Source: an uncultured Alphaproteobacteria bacterium
GTDB taxonomy: Bacteria > Pseudomonadota > Alphaproteobacteria > Rs-D84
Assembly: GCA_947175875.1 (NCBI GenBank)
Contig: CAMWON010000001.1
Span: 81,809-145,808 of the forward strand
DNA: 64,000 nucleotides
Direction of reading: 5' to 3'
Shown here: piece by piece, positions 49,673 through 59,533 of the stretch
How the letters are laid out: each line of letters opens with the position of its first letter
How positions within the stretch are numbered: the stretch's first letter is position 1
Position numbers and translations under genes: made by a program
Notes under the pieces: model-generated
What the model saw: the letters and a program-made list of their open reading frames with translations, nothing else
What the model was told of the DNA's origin: nothing
The model's database searches: none

Positions 49673-50761
49673 ATGCTGACCGATTTTTTTCTGTCCCGTG
49701 GAGTGTATTTTTTTGCCAGTGGCTGGACGCAGTTTGCCGCCGCGTTCGGACTGGCTTTTTTGATAATGTTCCTGTTTGGGCGTCCGTTTGTGGCGGCCAT
49801 GCGCGCCTGGCAGAAAAAGGGTCAGCCGATAAGTGAAAACGTTCCCGAATCCCATCGCAAGAAAGCGGGCACGCCGACAATGGGCGGTCTGCTGGTCTTG
49901 ATTGCGATATTGGCGGCGTCGCTGCTGTTTATGCCGCTGCGCAGCAGTGTTGCATGGATTGCGCTGGCCTCTCTTGTCATGTTCGGGGCAATCGGTTTTG
50001 CGGACGATTATAAAAAGGTCGCCAGCCAGTCGAAAAAGGCCTCGAACGGTCTGTCGCCGGCAATGCGCCTGGGGCTGGAAGGGTTGTGTGTCATCGTTTT
50101 GGCGTATTTGATTAACCGTACGATGCCGCCATATATTCCGGCCTATTCATTGGCGATTGGCGCGGGGATTATATTGCCGCTGGGGCTGTTGTACTATGTG
50201 TTTGCGTATTTTGTAATATGCGGTTCGGCCAATGCAACGAATATTACGGACGGCCTGGACGGAATGCTGGCGAAACTGTATATGCCGGTGCTGGTCGTGC
50301 TGGTTGTGGCGCTTTATGGCGCGACGCGCATCGGATTTATGGATACGGTTATGTTTTTACCCTCCGCATCCGGTCTGTATGCGGTTTTGGGCGCGGCTTT
50401 TGGCGCGGTGCTGGGATTCCTGTGGTATAATTCCAAGCCTGCCTCCATCTTCATGGGCGACGTCGGGTCGTTGGCGCTGGGCGGATTTATGGGTACGGTT
50501 GCGATGCTGTTGAAATCGGAAATCATTATGGGCGTTGCCGCCGGAATGATGGTTTTGATTTTGCTGTCGTCGTTTATCCAGACAATGTTCTTTAAAATCA
50601 CACGCCGTGCCACGGGAACGGGCCGCCGAATTTTTCTGCGTGCGCCGCTGCATCATCATTTTGAAGAACTCGGCTGGTCCGAAACCAAAATTGTGGAGCG
50701 TTTCTTTATCGTCTCCATACTGTTTTCGGGACTGGCGCTGGTGCTGTTGAAATTTGCATAA
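49673..50761 (+). CDS. mraY: Phospho-N-acetylmuramoyl-pentapeptide transferase
   Basis: MraY motifs (KKAGTPTMGG, NATNITDGLDG) and 10 TM helices. Confidence 0.95.
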   Translation: MLTDFFLSRGVYFFASGWTQFAAAFGLAFLIMFLFGRPFVAAMRAWQKKGQPISENVPESHRKKAGTPTMGGLLVLIAILAASLLFMPLRSSVAWIALASLVMFGAIGFADDYKKVASQSKKASNGLSPAMRLGLEGLCVIVLAYLINRTMPPYIPAYSLAIGAGIILPLGLLYYVFAYFVICGSANATNITDGLDGMLAKLYMPVLVVLVVALYGATRIGFMDTVMFLPSASGLYAVLGAAFGAVLGFLWYNSKPASIFMGDVGSLALGGFMGTVAMLLKSEIIMGVAAGMMVLILLSSFIQTMFFKITRRATGTGRRIFLRAPLHHHFEELGWSETKIVERFFIVSILFSGLALVLLKFA

Positions 50762-50764
50762 GGA

Positions 50765-51919
50765 ATGCGGGCGCCCGGAATGTTTAAGCGAAGCGAAGAA
50801 AGCAAGTTAACCAGTTGGTATTTTGAGATTGACCGCCGCCTGCTTGGGTGCGTGCTGTTGCTGGTGTTTATCGGGATGCTGTTTGTTGTCTCGGCCGGTT
50901 CCGTGTCGGCCGAGCGTATCGGCCAGCCGTGGCATTATTTCATGCTTAAAATGATGCCTTTCTATATCATCGGCCTGATTACGTTGTTCGCGGCCAGCAT
51001 GCTTAATAAAAAATGGGTACTGCGCATCAGTGTGCTGAACGTTGCGGCGGGACTTGCGCTGTTGCCGCTGACGGTTGTAATGCCCCATGTGATTAAGGGG
51101 TCAAAGCGTTTCGTGTCTTTGATGGGCTTTAACGTTATGCCGGCCGATATTATGAAGCCCGGATTTATTATTCTAACGGCGTGGTTCTTGGCGCGCATGT
51201 CTGAAAAGTTTGGCGCGGGCATGTTCACAAATCGCGATGCATGGCGTCCCACCTGGCTAAGCTGGTGGACATATCTGGCGGTATTTGTGCCGTCGTTGCT
51301 TATTATCTTTTCGCACCCGGACGTTGGTACGGCGATGCTGTATCTGGCCGTGCTGGGGGCGATGCTGTTTATCGCGGGACTGCCGTGGAAACTGTTTGCA
51401 GGGGTTATCGCGCTTATTCCGCTGGGGATAACGGCCGCGTTCTTTACAATGGGCCACGTTCATCGTCGAATCATGACGCTTATTACCGGCGACGGTGACA
51501 ATTATCAGGTGACCCAGTCGGTCCAGTCGATTCAGCACGGTGGCCTGCTGGGCAGTGGCGACGACGCGTTTGTTAAGCAGTCTTTGCCCGACGCGCACAC
51601 GGACTTTATATTTGCGGCCATCGCCGAAGACGTGGGCGCCATAATCGCGTGCGGATTGCTGTGCCTGCTGCTGTATGTTTTGAAAAGATTGACCACCGAT
51701 GCGATTGATGCGCGCGACCCGTTTGTGTTCTATGCGACCGGCGGCGCGGCGGCGTTGTTCGGCACCCAGGTTTGTATCAACTTGATGACCACATTGCATT
51801 TGTTCGCGCCAAAGGGAATGACTCTGCCGTTTATTTCATACGGCGGCAGCTCGTTTGTTGCGTTCTGCCTGCTGTTCGGAATGATTCTGGCGGTTGTGCG
51901 CGAAGACAAATGGAAATAA
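50765..51919 (+). CDS. ftsW: SEDS-family peptidoglycan polymerase FtsW
   Basis: FtsW/RodA motifs (TDFIFAAIAEDVGAI..., PKGMTLPFISYGGSS). Located between mraY and murG. Confidence 0.88.
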   Translation: MRAPGMFKRSEESKLTSWYFEIDRRLLGCVLLLVFIGMLFVVSAGSVSAERIGQPWHYFMLKMMPFYIIGLITLFAASMLNKKWVLRISVLNVAAGLALLPLTVVMPHVIKGSKRFVSLMGFNVMPADIMKPGFIILTAWFLARMSEKFGAGMFTNRDAWRPTWLSWWTYLAVFVPSLLIIFSHPDVGTAMLYLAVLGAMLFIAGLPWKLFAGVIALIPLGITAAFFTMGHVHRRIMTLITGDGDNYQVTQSVQSIQHGGLLGSGDDAFVKQSLPDAHTDFIFAAIAEDVGAIIACGLLCLLLYVLKRLTTDAIDARDPFVFYATGGAAALFGTQVCINLMTTLHLFAPKGMTLPFISYGGSSFVAFCLLFGMILAVVREDKWK

Positions 51920-51934
51920 TACGGGGGAAGAAAT

Positions 51935-52981
51935 ATGAAAATATGGATTGCGACAGGCGGTACCGGCGGACACGTGTTTCCGGCGTTAAGCGTGGCGGAG
52001 GCCTTGGCCGCCGCAGGGCACAAGATAACGATTTCATGTGACGGACGCGTTCGCGAAATGGTTTCGCGGGGCGCGCCGGCCGGCGCGCGCCGCGTTCACA
52101 TATGGGCCTCTGGCGTCGGTGCAAAAAGCAAACTGCGCCAGATGTATGCGCTGGGCAAGATTGGTGTGTCCGCGTCGGCGTTGGCGTTGCGCTTCATGTT
52201 TTCGCGGCCCGACCGTGTTGTTGCATTCGGCGGATATGCGTCCGTTCCGGCTGTGTTTGCCGCGCATCTGTGGCGCGTGCCGACATACCTGCATGAACAA
52301 AACGCCGCAATCGGCCGCGCGAACAAGTTTGCCATGCGCTGGGTCAAAACATTGATGACCAGTTTCCCCAGCGTTGCCGGAATCCCCGCTGGCACGTCTG
52401 CGCACGTGATATACACAGGCTTGCCGGTGCGCCGTGAATTTTTGGATGCGTCAAATTCCCCGTTGACGCACGGGGGGCGGATTCTGGTGACGGGCGGCTC
52501 GCTGGGGGCGCAGATTTTGGATGATGTTGTTCCCGGTGCGATTGCCGCGATGAAGAACAAGAAAATATTCGTCACGCACCAGACGCGTCCGGAAAATGTC
52601 GCGCGTCTGCAAAAATTTTATGCGGACAATAAAATCCGTGCCAACGTTTTGTCGTTTGTTCACGATATGGCGTCGCGCATAATCGATGCGGACCTAATCA
52701 TCGGTCGCAGCGGCGCCAGCACGGTTGTCGAATTACAGACGGTCGGCCGTCCGGCGATATTGGTCCCGCTTGGCATAAACCCGGACCAGGCGGCAAACGC
52801 CGCGGCGTTCGCGAAAAACGGCGGCGGATTCGCCGTGGAGCAGTCAAAGTTCACAGCGCGCTGGTTGACGGCAACATTGAACGAGCTGTTTGACAATCCG
52901 TCGCGTCTGGACAAAATGGCGGCCAAGGCATTTGTACCCAACGATGCCGTCGATAATATTGTCTCCGCGATATTAAAATAA
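51935..52981 (+). CDS. murG: UDP-GlcNAc:lipid I N-acetylglucosaminyltransferase MurG
   Basis: GGTGGHVFPAL G-loop and C-terminal GASTVVE motif. Confidence 0.93.
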   Translation: MKIWIATGGTGGHVFPALSVAEALAAAGHKITISCDGRVREMVSRGAPAGARRVHIWASGVGAKSKLRQMYALGKIGVSASALALRFMFSRPDRVVAFGGYASVPAVFAAHLWRVPTYLHEQNAAIGRANKFAMRWVKTLMTSFPSVAGIPAGTSAHVIYTGLPVRREFLDASNSPLTHGGRILVTGGSLGAQILDDVVPGAIAAMKNKKIFVTHQTRPENVARLQKFYADNKIRANVLSFVHDMASRIIDADLIIGRSGASTVVELQTVGRPAILVPLGINPDQAANAAAFAKNGGGFAVEQSKFTARWLTATLNELFDNPSRLDKMAAKAFVPNDAVDNIVSAILK

Positions 52982-53051
52982 TATGAAACGCATTTTTCTG
53001 CTTGCTTGCGATTCGTCATTTGTTCTATGATGCAATTGGAAGGAAAGGAAT

Positions 53052-54389
53052 ATGCGGCGAATTACAGTTTCTGTTTTGTCGATTTTCATTGCATTGCCGG
53101 CATTGGGGGGATCGCGTCTGCCTGTTGTTAACATCGGGGCGGCGGGTGTTTCCGCACGTGCCGCATTCGGCGAGGATGTGGGCCCAAAAACGGCCAAGGT
53201 GACCGCCGCGCGGTCGGAAAATACGCCGGCTGTCACGGTTGCGCCTGCACCGAAAAAGACGGTTGTTGCACGCAATGCAAAGAAAGCGGCCCCTGTGAAA
53301 CAGGCGGCGGCACCCTCGGTTGATAGCGGCCAGAAAATTGCCGCGTCCGATGTTTTGGTCCCGCACCGCCCCAGTTCCGATTTGTGGGCAAAAACGGACA
53401 GCCCGCTGCGCATGCCGACAAAAGATGAAATTTCTGTCGTGCGCGCCGATTATGATTTGCCCGAAGAAAGTTTGGATGCCGCCCCGCGTCGCGCCATGAT
53501 TGCAAGTGCGGATACGCCCGCGCCGCGTACGGGCGCCCTGGACGCAGAGATAGAGCGTCTGGTTGAACTGCAGCGCCGTGCGGATGCGTCGGTCGCCGCG
53601 CCAAAGGTTGCATCGCGCGCCGCATCGTCGTCGCGTGTTATTGCGGCGCCCATTGCGGATGAGGTTCCGGAAAAGACCGCGGCTGTTAAATCGCGTCCGG
53701 CCCCGTCGCCGGTTGTCGCGGACGATGCGGACACGCGTGTTGCAACGCGCCGCATGGTTGTCCCGATGCAGGACGACGTGATTGTGCGTGCGGTTGAAAA
53801 GACCGCATCGCCACGCATTGCGGCGGTGCGCGACGACATGGCGTCTTTGTCGCCGTCCGAACTGCGCAAGGCGTTCCGTAAAACATATTTGTCGGAAAAC
53901 AAGCATTTATCCACATATCAGATTGACGACCGCTTTGATGTCGCCAGCGACATGACATCATCAATAGAAGGATTTACCGCAAAGCGCGATTTGTCCGAGT
54001 CCGGCGGTGTTCGCCCCTTGGAAATCAAGATAAAGTTCCGCGGTGACGATTCGGCCCTGTCGCGTGACAATTATAATCTGTTGACGGAATATGCCGGCAT
54101 CGTGGTCAGCAATCCAAAGCGCGCGATTCAGGTATCCATCCCCCAGCGTGCAACAACAAACATGACCGACCGCAAACTGGCGGCGCGCCGTCTGGCGATT
54201 GTGGAACAGGTTCTGCGTGATACCGGCGTGTCCGAGCAGCGTATCATGCCCGTATTGTCCCAGCGTGACGAAGAAGGATTTGTTCTGCGCATTATCTCCA
54301 GCGACCAGTACGAAACATTAAGCAAGCAAAAGCGCGACATGTTCGGCGACACAATCGACAAGAAAACGTACACCAGCATGTCTTGGTAA
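53052..54389 (+). CDS. Secreted Ala/Pro-rich protein with a degenerate C-terminal OmpA-like (peptidoglycan-binding) domain, putative
   Basis: Signal peptide. The C-terminus is ...FRGDDSALSRDNYNLLTEYAGIVVSNPKRAIQVSIPQ...DRKLAARRLAIVEQVLRDTGVSEQRI (OmpA-C-like pattern lacking the GHTD motif). Confidence 0.4.
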   Translation: MRRITVSVLSIFIALPALGGSRLPVVNIGAAGVSARAAFGEDVGPKTAKVTAARSENTPAVTVAPAPKKTVVARNAKKAAPVKQAAAPSVDSGQKIAASDVLVPHRPSSDLWAKTDSPLRMPTKDEISVVRADYDLPEESLDAAPRRAMIASADTPAPRTGALDAEIERLVELQRRADASVAAPKVASRAASSSRVIAAPIADEVPEKTAAVKSRPAPSPVVADDADTRVATRRMVVPMQDDVIVRAVEKTASPRIAAVRDDMASLSPSELRKAFRKTYLSENKHLSTYQIDDRFDVASDMTSSIEGFTAKRDLSESGGVRPLEIKIKFRGDDSALSRDNYNLLTEYAGIVVSNPKRAIQVSIPQRATTNMTDRKLAARRLAIVEQVLRDTGVSEQRIMPVLSQRDEEGFVLRIISSDQYETLSKQKRDMFGDTIDKKTYTSMSW

Positions 54390-55111
54390 TTATGATTGCC
54401 CGCGGCGTAGAAAAGATTGTTGAATTTTTATTTCCTCCGGCGTGTCCAGTATGTGGCGCGCCGGTGTCTTTACACGGTGAATTGTGCGCCGATTGTTTCG
54501 GATGTTTTGAATGGATAGATTCACCAAAGTGCTCGCGTTGCGGTTATCCGATGGTGTTTGCCGCCGACGGCACAGCCACATGCCCGGCGTGCGCGCGTGA
54601 TGAATTCGGTCTGGAATGGCTGCGCAGTGCGTGCCGCTATGACGAAATGTCGCGCAGTGTAATGCTGCCGTTTAAACACGGGGGACGGATAAAGTATGCA
54701 CGTTTTATGGCGCGTGCAATGATATGGTCGCTGCGCGACGTGCCGGCGGATTGTGATATTGTAATGCCGGTGCCGTTGGCGCGTCCGCGTCTGATTCACA
54801 GAACATACAACCAGGCGACGCTGCTGGCACGGCCCATTGCGCATGCGATGAACGTGCCGCTGGACGTTGACAGTGTGCGTCGCCGTCATCGTCCCGACAT
54901 GGGGCACATGACCCCGCGCCAGCGAAAAGAAAACATACGCGGCGTGTTCACGGTTGTGCGTCCGGACCGCGTGCGGGGACGTAAAATATTGCTGGTTGAC
55001 GACGTATATACGAGTGGTGCTACATTGTCGGAACTGCGCCGCGTATTGCTGCGTGCCGGGGCAAAATCGGTATGCGGGGTCACGTTCTGCCGCGTTGTCC
55101 GTACGGTATAG
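54383..55111 (+). CDS. comF: ComF-family protein (double zinc ribbon plus phosphoribosyltransferase domain)
   Basis: CPVCGAP...CADC...CSRCGYP...CPAC ribbons, then PRTase motif ILLVDDVYTSGAT. Confidence 0.8.
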   Translation: MVIMIARGVEKIVEFLFPPACPVCGAPVSLHGELCADCFGCFEWIDSPKCSRCGYPMVFAADGTATCPACARDEFGLEWLRSACRYDEMSRSVMLPFKHGGRIKYARFMARAMIWSLRDVPADCDIVMPVPLARPRLIHRTYNQATLLARPIAHAMNVPLDVDSVRRRHRPDMGHMTPRQRKENIRGVFTVVRPDRVRGRKILLVDDVYTSGATLSELRRVLLRAGAKSVCGVTFCRVVRTV

Positions 55112-55176
55112 TCGCCGCTTGAATTTTGAATTTATTCTGATACGATTAAAAAGTTTAATTTTTACAGGGGAATGAT

Positions 55177-55698
55177 ATGAAAAAAGTGTTTATGTTGGCG
55201 GTCGCGCTGATGTGTGCGGTGCGCCTTGGAAATGCGGCGCCTTTGACGGGCCTGTACCAGACGATTGATGACAAGACGGGCCAGCCGAAATCGGTTGTCG
55301 CGCTGTATGAATACACCGACGGCGATGATACGGAATTGGCGGGGCGCATTGTCGCATTATACGGCGTCGACGGCAAAATATCCGAGACCATTGCGGCCCC
55401 GGTAAAGGTTGCGGATAAAATCAAGGGCGCGCCGAAATTCGTCGGCCTGGACATAATATGGGGCATGGAATGGGACGCGGATGACAACCGTTACGAAGAC
55501 GGCAAGATTATGGACCCGACATCGGGCAAGGTTTATTCGTCCGTCATCTGGTCCGATGCGCCGGGTGCGTTGAACGTGCGCGGAAAAATCGGCCCGATTG
55601 GCCGCACCCAGAAATGGCGCGCATTATCCGCATCGGACACGCCGTCTGCACTGAAAGATATTGATACGTCGAAATGGACACCGAATACAGGGAAATAA
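55177..55698 (+). CDS. DUF2147-family periplasmic protein
   Basis: Signal peptide. ...LTGLYQTIDDKTGQPKSVV...IMDPTSGKVYSS...LNVRGKIGPIGRTQKWRA matches the DUF2147 signature (GRTQTW). Confidence 0.65.
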   Translation: MKKVFMLAVALMCAVRLGNAAPLTGLYQTIDDKTGQPKSVVALYEYTDGDDTELAGRIVALYGVDGKISETIAAPVKVADKIKGAPKFVGLDIIWGMEWDADDNRYEDGKIMDPTSGKVYSSVIWSDAPGALNVRGKIGPIGRTQKWRALSASDTPSALKDIDTSKWTPNTGK

Positions 55699-55701
55699 GA
55701 A

Positions 55702-58107
55702 ATGAACATAGAACTCGGAAAAAACATTAACGCGCGCGAAATTGAAACCCGTATACAGGCGTTCTGGGATTCAAACGCATTTTGGGAAAATGATGTAAAA
55801 TCGGATAAACCCGCATTTTGCATAATGATGCCCCCGCCGAACGTGACAGGTAATCTGCACATGGGGCACGCATTGGACAATGTTTTGACCGATATTGTAT
55901 GCCGGTACAAGCGCATGGCGGGTTACGACGTATTGTGGCAGCCGGGGACGGACCATGCCTCCATCGCGATGCAGCTGATGGTGGAGCGTGATTTGTCAAA
56001 GCGCGGTATAAATCCGCGCGCGTTGACCAAGCCGGAATTGCTGGACGCCGCATGGGCGTACAAGGCGGACAAGGGCGGCCAGATTGTGGGCCAGCTGCAT
56101 ACGCTGGGCACGACACCCGCCTGGAGCCGTCAGCGTTTCACGATGGACGAAGGGCTGTCGCGCGCGGTTATAAAAATGTTTGTTAAAATGTACCGCGAGG
56201 GCCTGATATACAAGGCGCGCCGCCTGGTCAACTGGTGCCCGAAACAGCAGACCTCCATCTCTGACCTGGAGGTTGATGTCCGTGATGAAAAGGGCGAGTT
56301 TTATTACTTTAAGTATCCGTTAAAGGACGGCGGATTCATAGAGATTGCAACAACGCGTCCCGAAACCCTGTTCGGCGACCAGGCGATTGCCATTCATCCG
56401 GAAAACGAGAAATTGAAACACTTGATTGGCAAAACGGCGATTATACCGCTGACCGATATCGAGATTCCGGTTATCGCCGATGTTCATGCCGACCCGGAAA
56501 AGGGTACCGGTGCGGTGAAAATCACGCCCGCCCACGACAAGGACGACTGGGAGGTGGGGCTGCGCCATAATTTGACGCCGGTATGTGTTTTGACGGGCGA
56601 CGCAAAGATGCTGGATATAGATGTGGTGCCGGAAAAGTATCGCGGCATGGACCGATTTGCGGCGCGCGCGGAAATTATCAAGGATATCGAGGCGGCTGGT
56701 CTGTTGATAAAAATTGACGACAAGGTTATTCCGACGCCCTATTCGGAACGCGGAAACGTCGTTGTCGAATACATGGTCCGCGACGAATGGTTTGTTGATG
56801 CGAAAAAGTTGGCCGCCCCTGCGATAAAGGCAGTGGAGGAGGGCAAGATTAAATTCATGCCGGAACACCGTTACAATCTGTTCATGTCGTGGATGAAAGA
56901 TATTCATGAATGGTCCATCTCGCGCCAGTTGTGGTGGGGCCACCAGATTCCGGCATGGTATGACGAAGATGGCAATATCTATGTCGCCGAAAGCGAAGAA
57001 GAGGCCACGGCCCAGTCCGGCGGCAAGAAATTGACGCGCGACACGTCGTGCCTGGATACATGGTTCTCGTCCGGTATGTGGCCGTTCTCGACATTGGGCT
57101 GGCCGGAAAAGACGCCGGAATTGGAAAAATATTATCCGACGGATTTATTGTACACCGGTCCGGACATCATATTCTTCTGGGTTGCGCGCATGGTAATGCT
57201 GGGGATTTATATCATGGGCGACGTTCCGTTCAGAACGGTTAATCTGCACGGTCTGGTCCGCGATGCTAAGGGCCAGAAAATGTCCAAGACCAAGGGTAAC
57301 GGTACGGACCCGCTGGACACGGTTGAAAAGTTCGGTGCGGACGCGCTGCGCTATTGGATTGCGACGGCCCCGATTGGCACCGACATTCGTTACAGTGATG
57401 ACGAGGTAAAGCGCGGCAGCAAATTGCTGACGAAACTGTGGAACGCGTCGAAATATGTTCTGATGAATTTGACGGATTTCGAACCCGCGACCGCCGCGCC
57501 GGTGCCGGTCGCCGAGCGCTTTATCGAAGACCGCTGGGTCTTGCATGAATTAAACAAGGCCATTGCGGACACGCGCCGTCATCTGGACAAATACGACAAC
57601 TATAATTCACGCGCGGCGATTGACACGTTCTTTTACGACGTCTTCTGCGACCAGTATCTGGAATATATCAAAGACCGTTTCTGGTCGCCGGAAAATTACG
57701 GCCCGGCGTCAAAGCTGTCGGCCCAGTGGACGTTGTTTGAGGTATTGCGTGCCATCATCGGTCTGTATGCGCCGTTTATCCCGTTTGTAACCGAAGAACT
57801 GTGGCAGAAAATATATCGCCCGACCGAGGGTGGCGAAACCCTGCATTTGACCGCGTATCCGACGGAGGATGCCGCGCGTGATACGGACGTCTCAAAAATG
57901 CAAATCGCCCAAGATGTTATCAAGGCTGTTCGCGCCCTGCGTACCGAGCGCAAGGTTGGCAACGGTGCCAAGCTGGAACGCTTGACAATTCCGGCCGCAA
58001 CGCCGTCCGAATTGTTCGGCGTGATAAAGTCCGGCGCGCGCGCGATTGATATTGCAGCCATCGGTGACGTGGTTGACTTTGTTGTTGCTCAGAACACACA
58101 GGGGTAA
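55702..58107 (+). CDS. valS: Valine--tRNA ligase (bacterial type, short form lacking the C-terminal coiled coil)
   Basis: PPPNVTGNLHMGHA (HIGH) and KMSKTKGN (KMSKS) motifs. The editing domain is present. Confidence 0.92.
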   Translation: MNIELGKNINAREIETRIQAFWDSNAFWENDVKSDKPAFCIMMPPPNVTGNLHMGHALDNVLTDIVCRYKRMAGYDVLWQPGTDHASIAMQLMVERDLSKRGINPRALTKPELLDAAWAYKADKGGQIVGQLHTLGTTPAWSRQRFTMDEGLSRAVIKMFVKMYREGLIYKARRLVNWCPKQQTSISDLEVDVRDEKGEFYYFKYPLKDGGFIEIATTRPETLFGDQAIAIHPENEKLKHLIGKTAIIPLTDIEIPVIADVHADPEKGTGAVKITPAHDKDDWEVGLRHNLTPVCVLTGDAKMLDIDVVPEKYRGMDRFAARAEIIKDIEAAGLLIKIDDKVIPTPYSERGNVVVEYMVRDEWFVDAKKLAAPAIKAVEEGKIKFMPEHRYNLFMSWMKDIHEWSISRQLWWGHQIPAWYDEDGNIYVAESEEEATAQSGGKKLTRDTSCLDTWFSSGMWPFSTLGWPEKTPELEKYYPTDLLYTGPDIIFFWVARMVMLGIYIMGDVPFRTVNLHGLVRDAKGQKMSKTKGNGTDPLDTVEKFGADALRYWIATAPIGTDIRYSDDEVKRGSKLLTKLWNASKYVLMNLTDFEPATAAPVPVAERFIEDRWVLHELNKAIADTRRHLDKYDNYNSRAAIDTFFYDVFCDQYLEYIKDRFWSPENYGPASKLSAQWTLFEVLRAIIGLYAPFIPFVTEELWQKIYRPTEGGETLHLTAYPTEDAARDTDVSKMQIAQDVIKAVRALRTERKVGNGAKLERLTIPAATPSELFGVIKSGARAIDIAAIGDVVDFVVAQNTQG

Positions 58108-58112
58108 TTCTA

Positions 58113-58843
58113 TGGAGCAGAAACTGGTTGAAAAGCGCATCCTGCAGGCATATCAGTGCGACCGTTACGGCAACGTGCGGCCATTGATATTAATGAACGA
58201 GCTGCAGGGTTGCGCCGACCGGCATGCCGAGATGCTGGGTTGTGGCCGCACATATCTGCTGGAAAATAATCTGGCGTGGGTTGTGACGCATTATCTGGTG
58301 GATATTATCGAGCTCCCGCGCGAGAACGAAGAGCTGACATTTACCACATGGCCGTCATGCCAGGATGCATTGCGCGCCACGCGTGATTTTGAGGTTCGCG
58401 GCGCCGACGGCCGTTTGATGGTGCGTGCCACCTCACAATGGATTTTGATTGATATGTCGACGCGTCGTCCGCTGCGCCTGGAAGAGCATTTGCCCGAATG
58501 GCCGATATGCACGTCGCGTGCATGGGATCGCACGTTTGAAAAATTTGCGGATTTCGCCCCGCGCAAGACGCATGTGATGAAGTGTCGTTTTGACGATATC
58601 GACGTGAACCAGCATATAAACAATGCGGTCTATGCCGTATGGGCGACGGAAAGCGTTGGGTATGAATACCGCAACCAGCATGCATTGCGTCGGTTGGAGT
58701 TAAACTTTAAAAAAGAAATAAAACCCGACACCCCGGAGATTATGGTTGACGTTATTATCGAAGGCGACATGTCGTATCATAAAATCCGTACGGGTGACGT
58801 AGAGCATGCATCGGTAATCTGCACCTGGATGCCGAATGAATAA
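58113..58843 (+). CDS. Acyl-ACP thioesterase family protein
   Basis: Double hot-dog fold with a conserved DxNxHINNAVY motif. Confidence 0.75.
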
Positions 58844-58870
58844 AAAAATTCGGAATGGATTTACGGAATA

Positions 58871-58899
58871 AAAAAATCGCCCGACCGGGCGATTTTTTA
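58871..58899. terminator. Bidirectional terminator (TCGCCCGaccGGGCGA) between the thioesterase gene and rpmH
   Basis: Hairpin with flanking A-run and T-run. Overlaps the rpmH stop. Confidence 0.65.
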
Positions 58900-59049
58900 G
58901 TTTGCCGCCGAAACGGCCAAACGTTTGCGACCTGCGGCGCGGCGGCTGTTCAATACAGCGCGGCCACCCTTTGTCGCCATTCTTGCGCGGAAACCATGCG
59001 TGCGTACGCGACGGGTTTTCGACGGTTGATAAGTACGTTTTGTTGCCAT
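58897..59049 (-). CDS. rpmH: 50S ribosomal protein L34 (not in the supplied ORF track because it is under 60 aa)
   Basis: The minus-strand translation [50 protein letters not shown] is canonical L34. Confidence 0.9.
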   Translation of the reverse strand: MATKRTYQPSKTRRVRTHGFRARMATKGGRAVLNSRRAAGRKRLAVSAAN

Positions 59050-59104
59050 AACTAAATCCTTTTGCGTGCGTATTTAACCACAGGTTTTTACAAAATGCAA
59101 CCAT

Positions 59105-59200
59105 TTATTTAGATTTTATCAGCCCCAGCTTTTTAAAACCTTCCAGCATCAGATAGTATGCGAACAGGGCGGCAAACAGGCGCCAGAATGGTAAAAACAT
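59105..59200 (-). CDS. Putative 31-aa hydrophobic peptide (MFLPFWRLFAALFAYYLMLEGFKKLGLIKSK)
   Basis: Short ORF found by hand. It lies 10 nt downstream of the preceding small ORF, with an RBS-like TAAGGAT. Confidence 0.2.
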   Translation of the reverse strand: MFLPFWRLFAALFAYYLMLEGFKKLGLIKSK

Positions 59201-59210
59201 GGTTGTATCC

Positions 59211-59396
59211 TTATTTTTGTTTCGATTTTGTGCGCTCTATCGCCATCTTGGTTGCTTTGTGTATGTCGATTATGCGGTTTATCATCCACAGGGATGTAAG
59301 CAGGTTCGCGCGCAATCCCTTGCAGTTGCGGAATTGAATCAACATGTGGCGAAATTCATCGCGGATTTCCAGTAATGCATTGTCCAGCTGTGTCAT
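59211..59396 (-). CDS. Hypothetical 61-aa protein upstream of rpmH
   Basis: ORF only; no recognised motif. Confidence 0.3.
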   Translation of the reverse strand: MTQLDNALLEIRDEFRHMLIQFRNCKGLRANLLTSLWMINRIIDIHKATKMAIERTKSKQK

Positions 59397-59533
59397 GATT
59401 GAATCCTTTGTTGTCTTTATGTGTAATATACCACAAACGATAAATTTGTCAACTTTAAATTTCGGGTTTATGTCTTGACCGAAAGCCTAAATTTTTGCTA
59501 TTGTTTGCATGTAAAATAAGGGGAAAAGTAAGT

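Noticed and set aside
55702-58107. Idea that the short valS is an archaeal-type ValRS as in Rickettsia
   Set aside because: The sequence aligns along its length with bacterial-type ValRS (PPPNVTG.LHMGHA, editing domain, KMSKT). It merely lacks the C-terminal coiled-coil extension.
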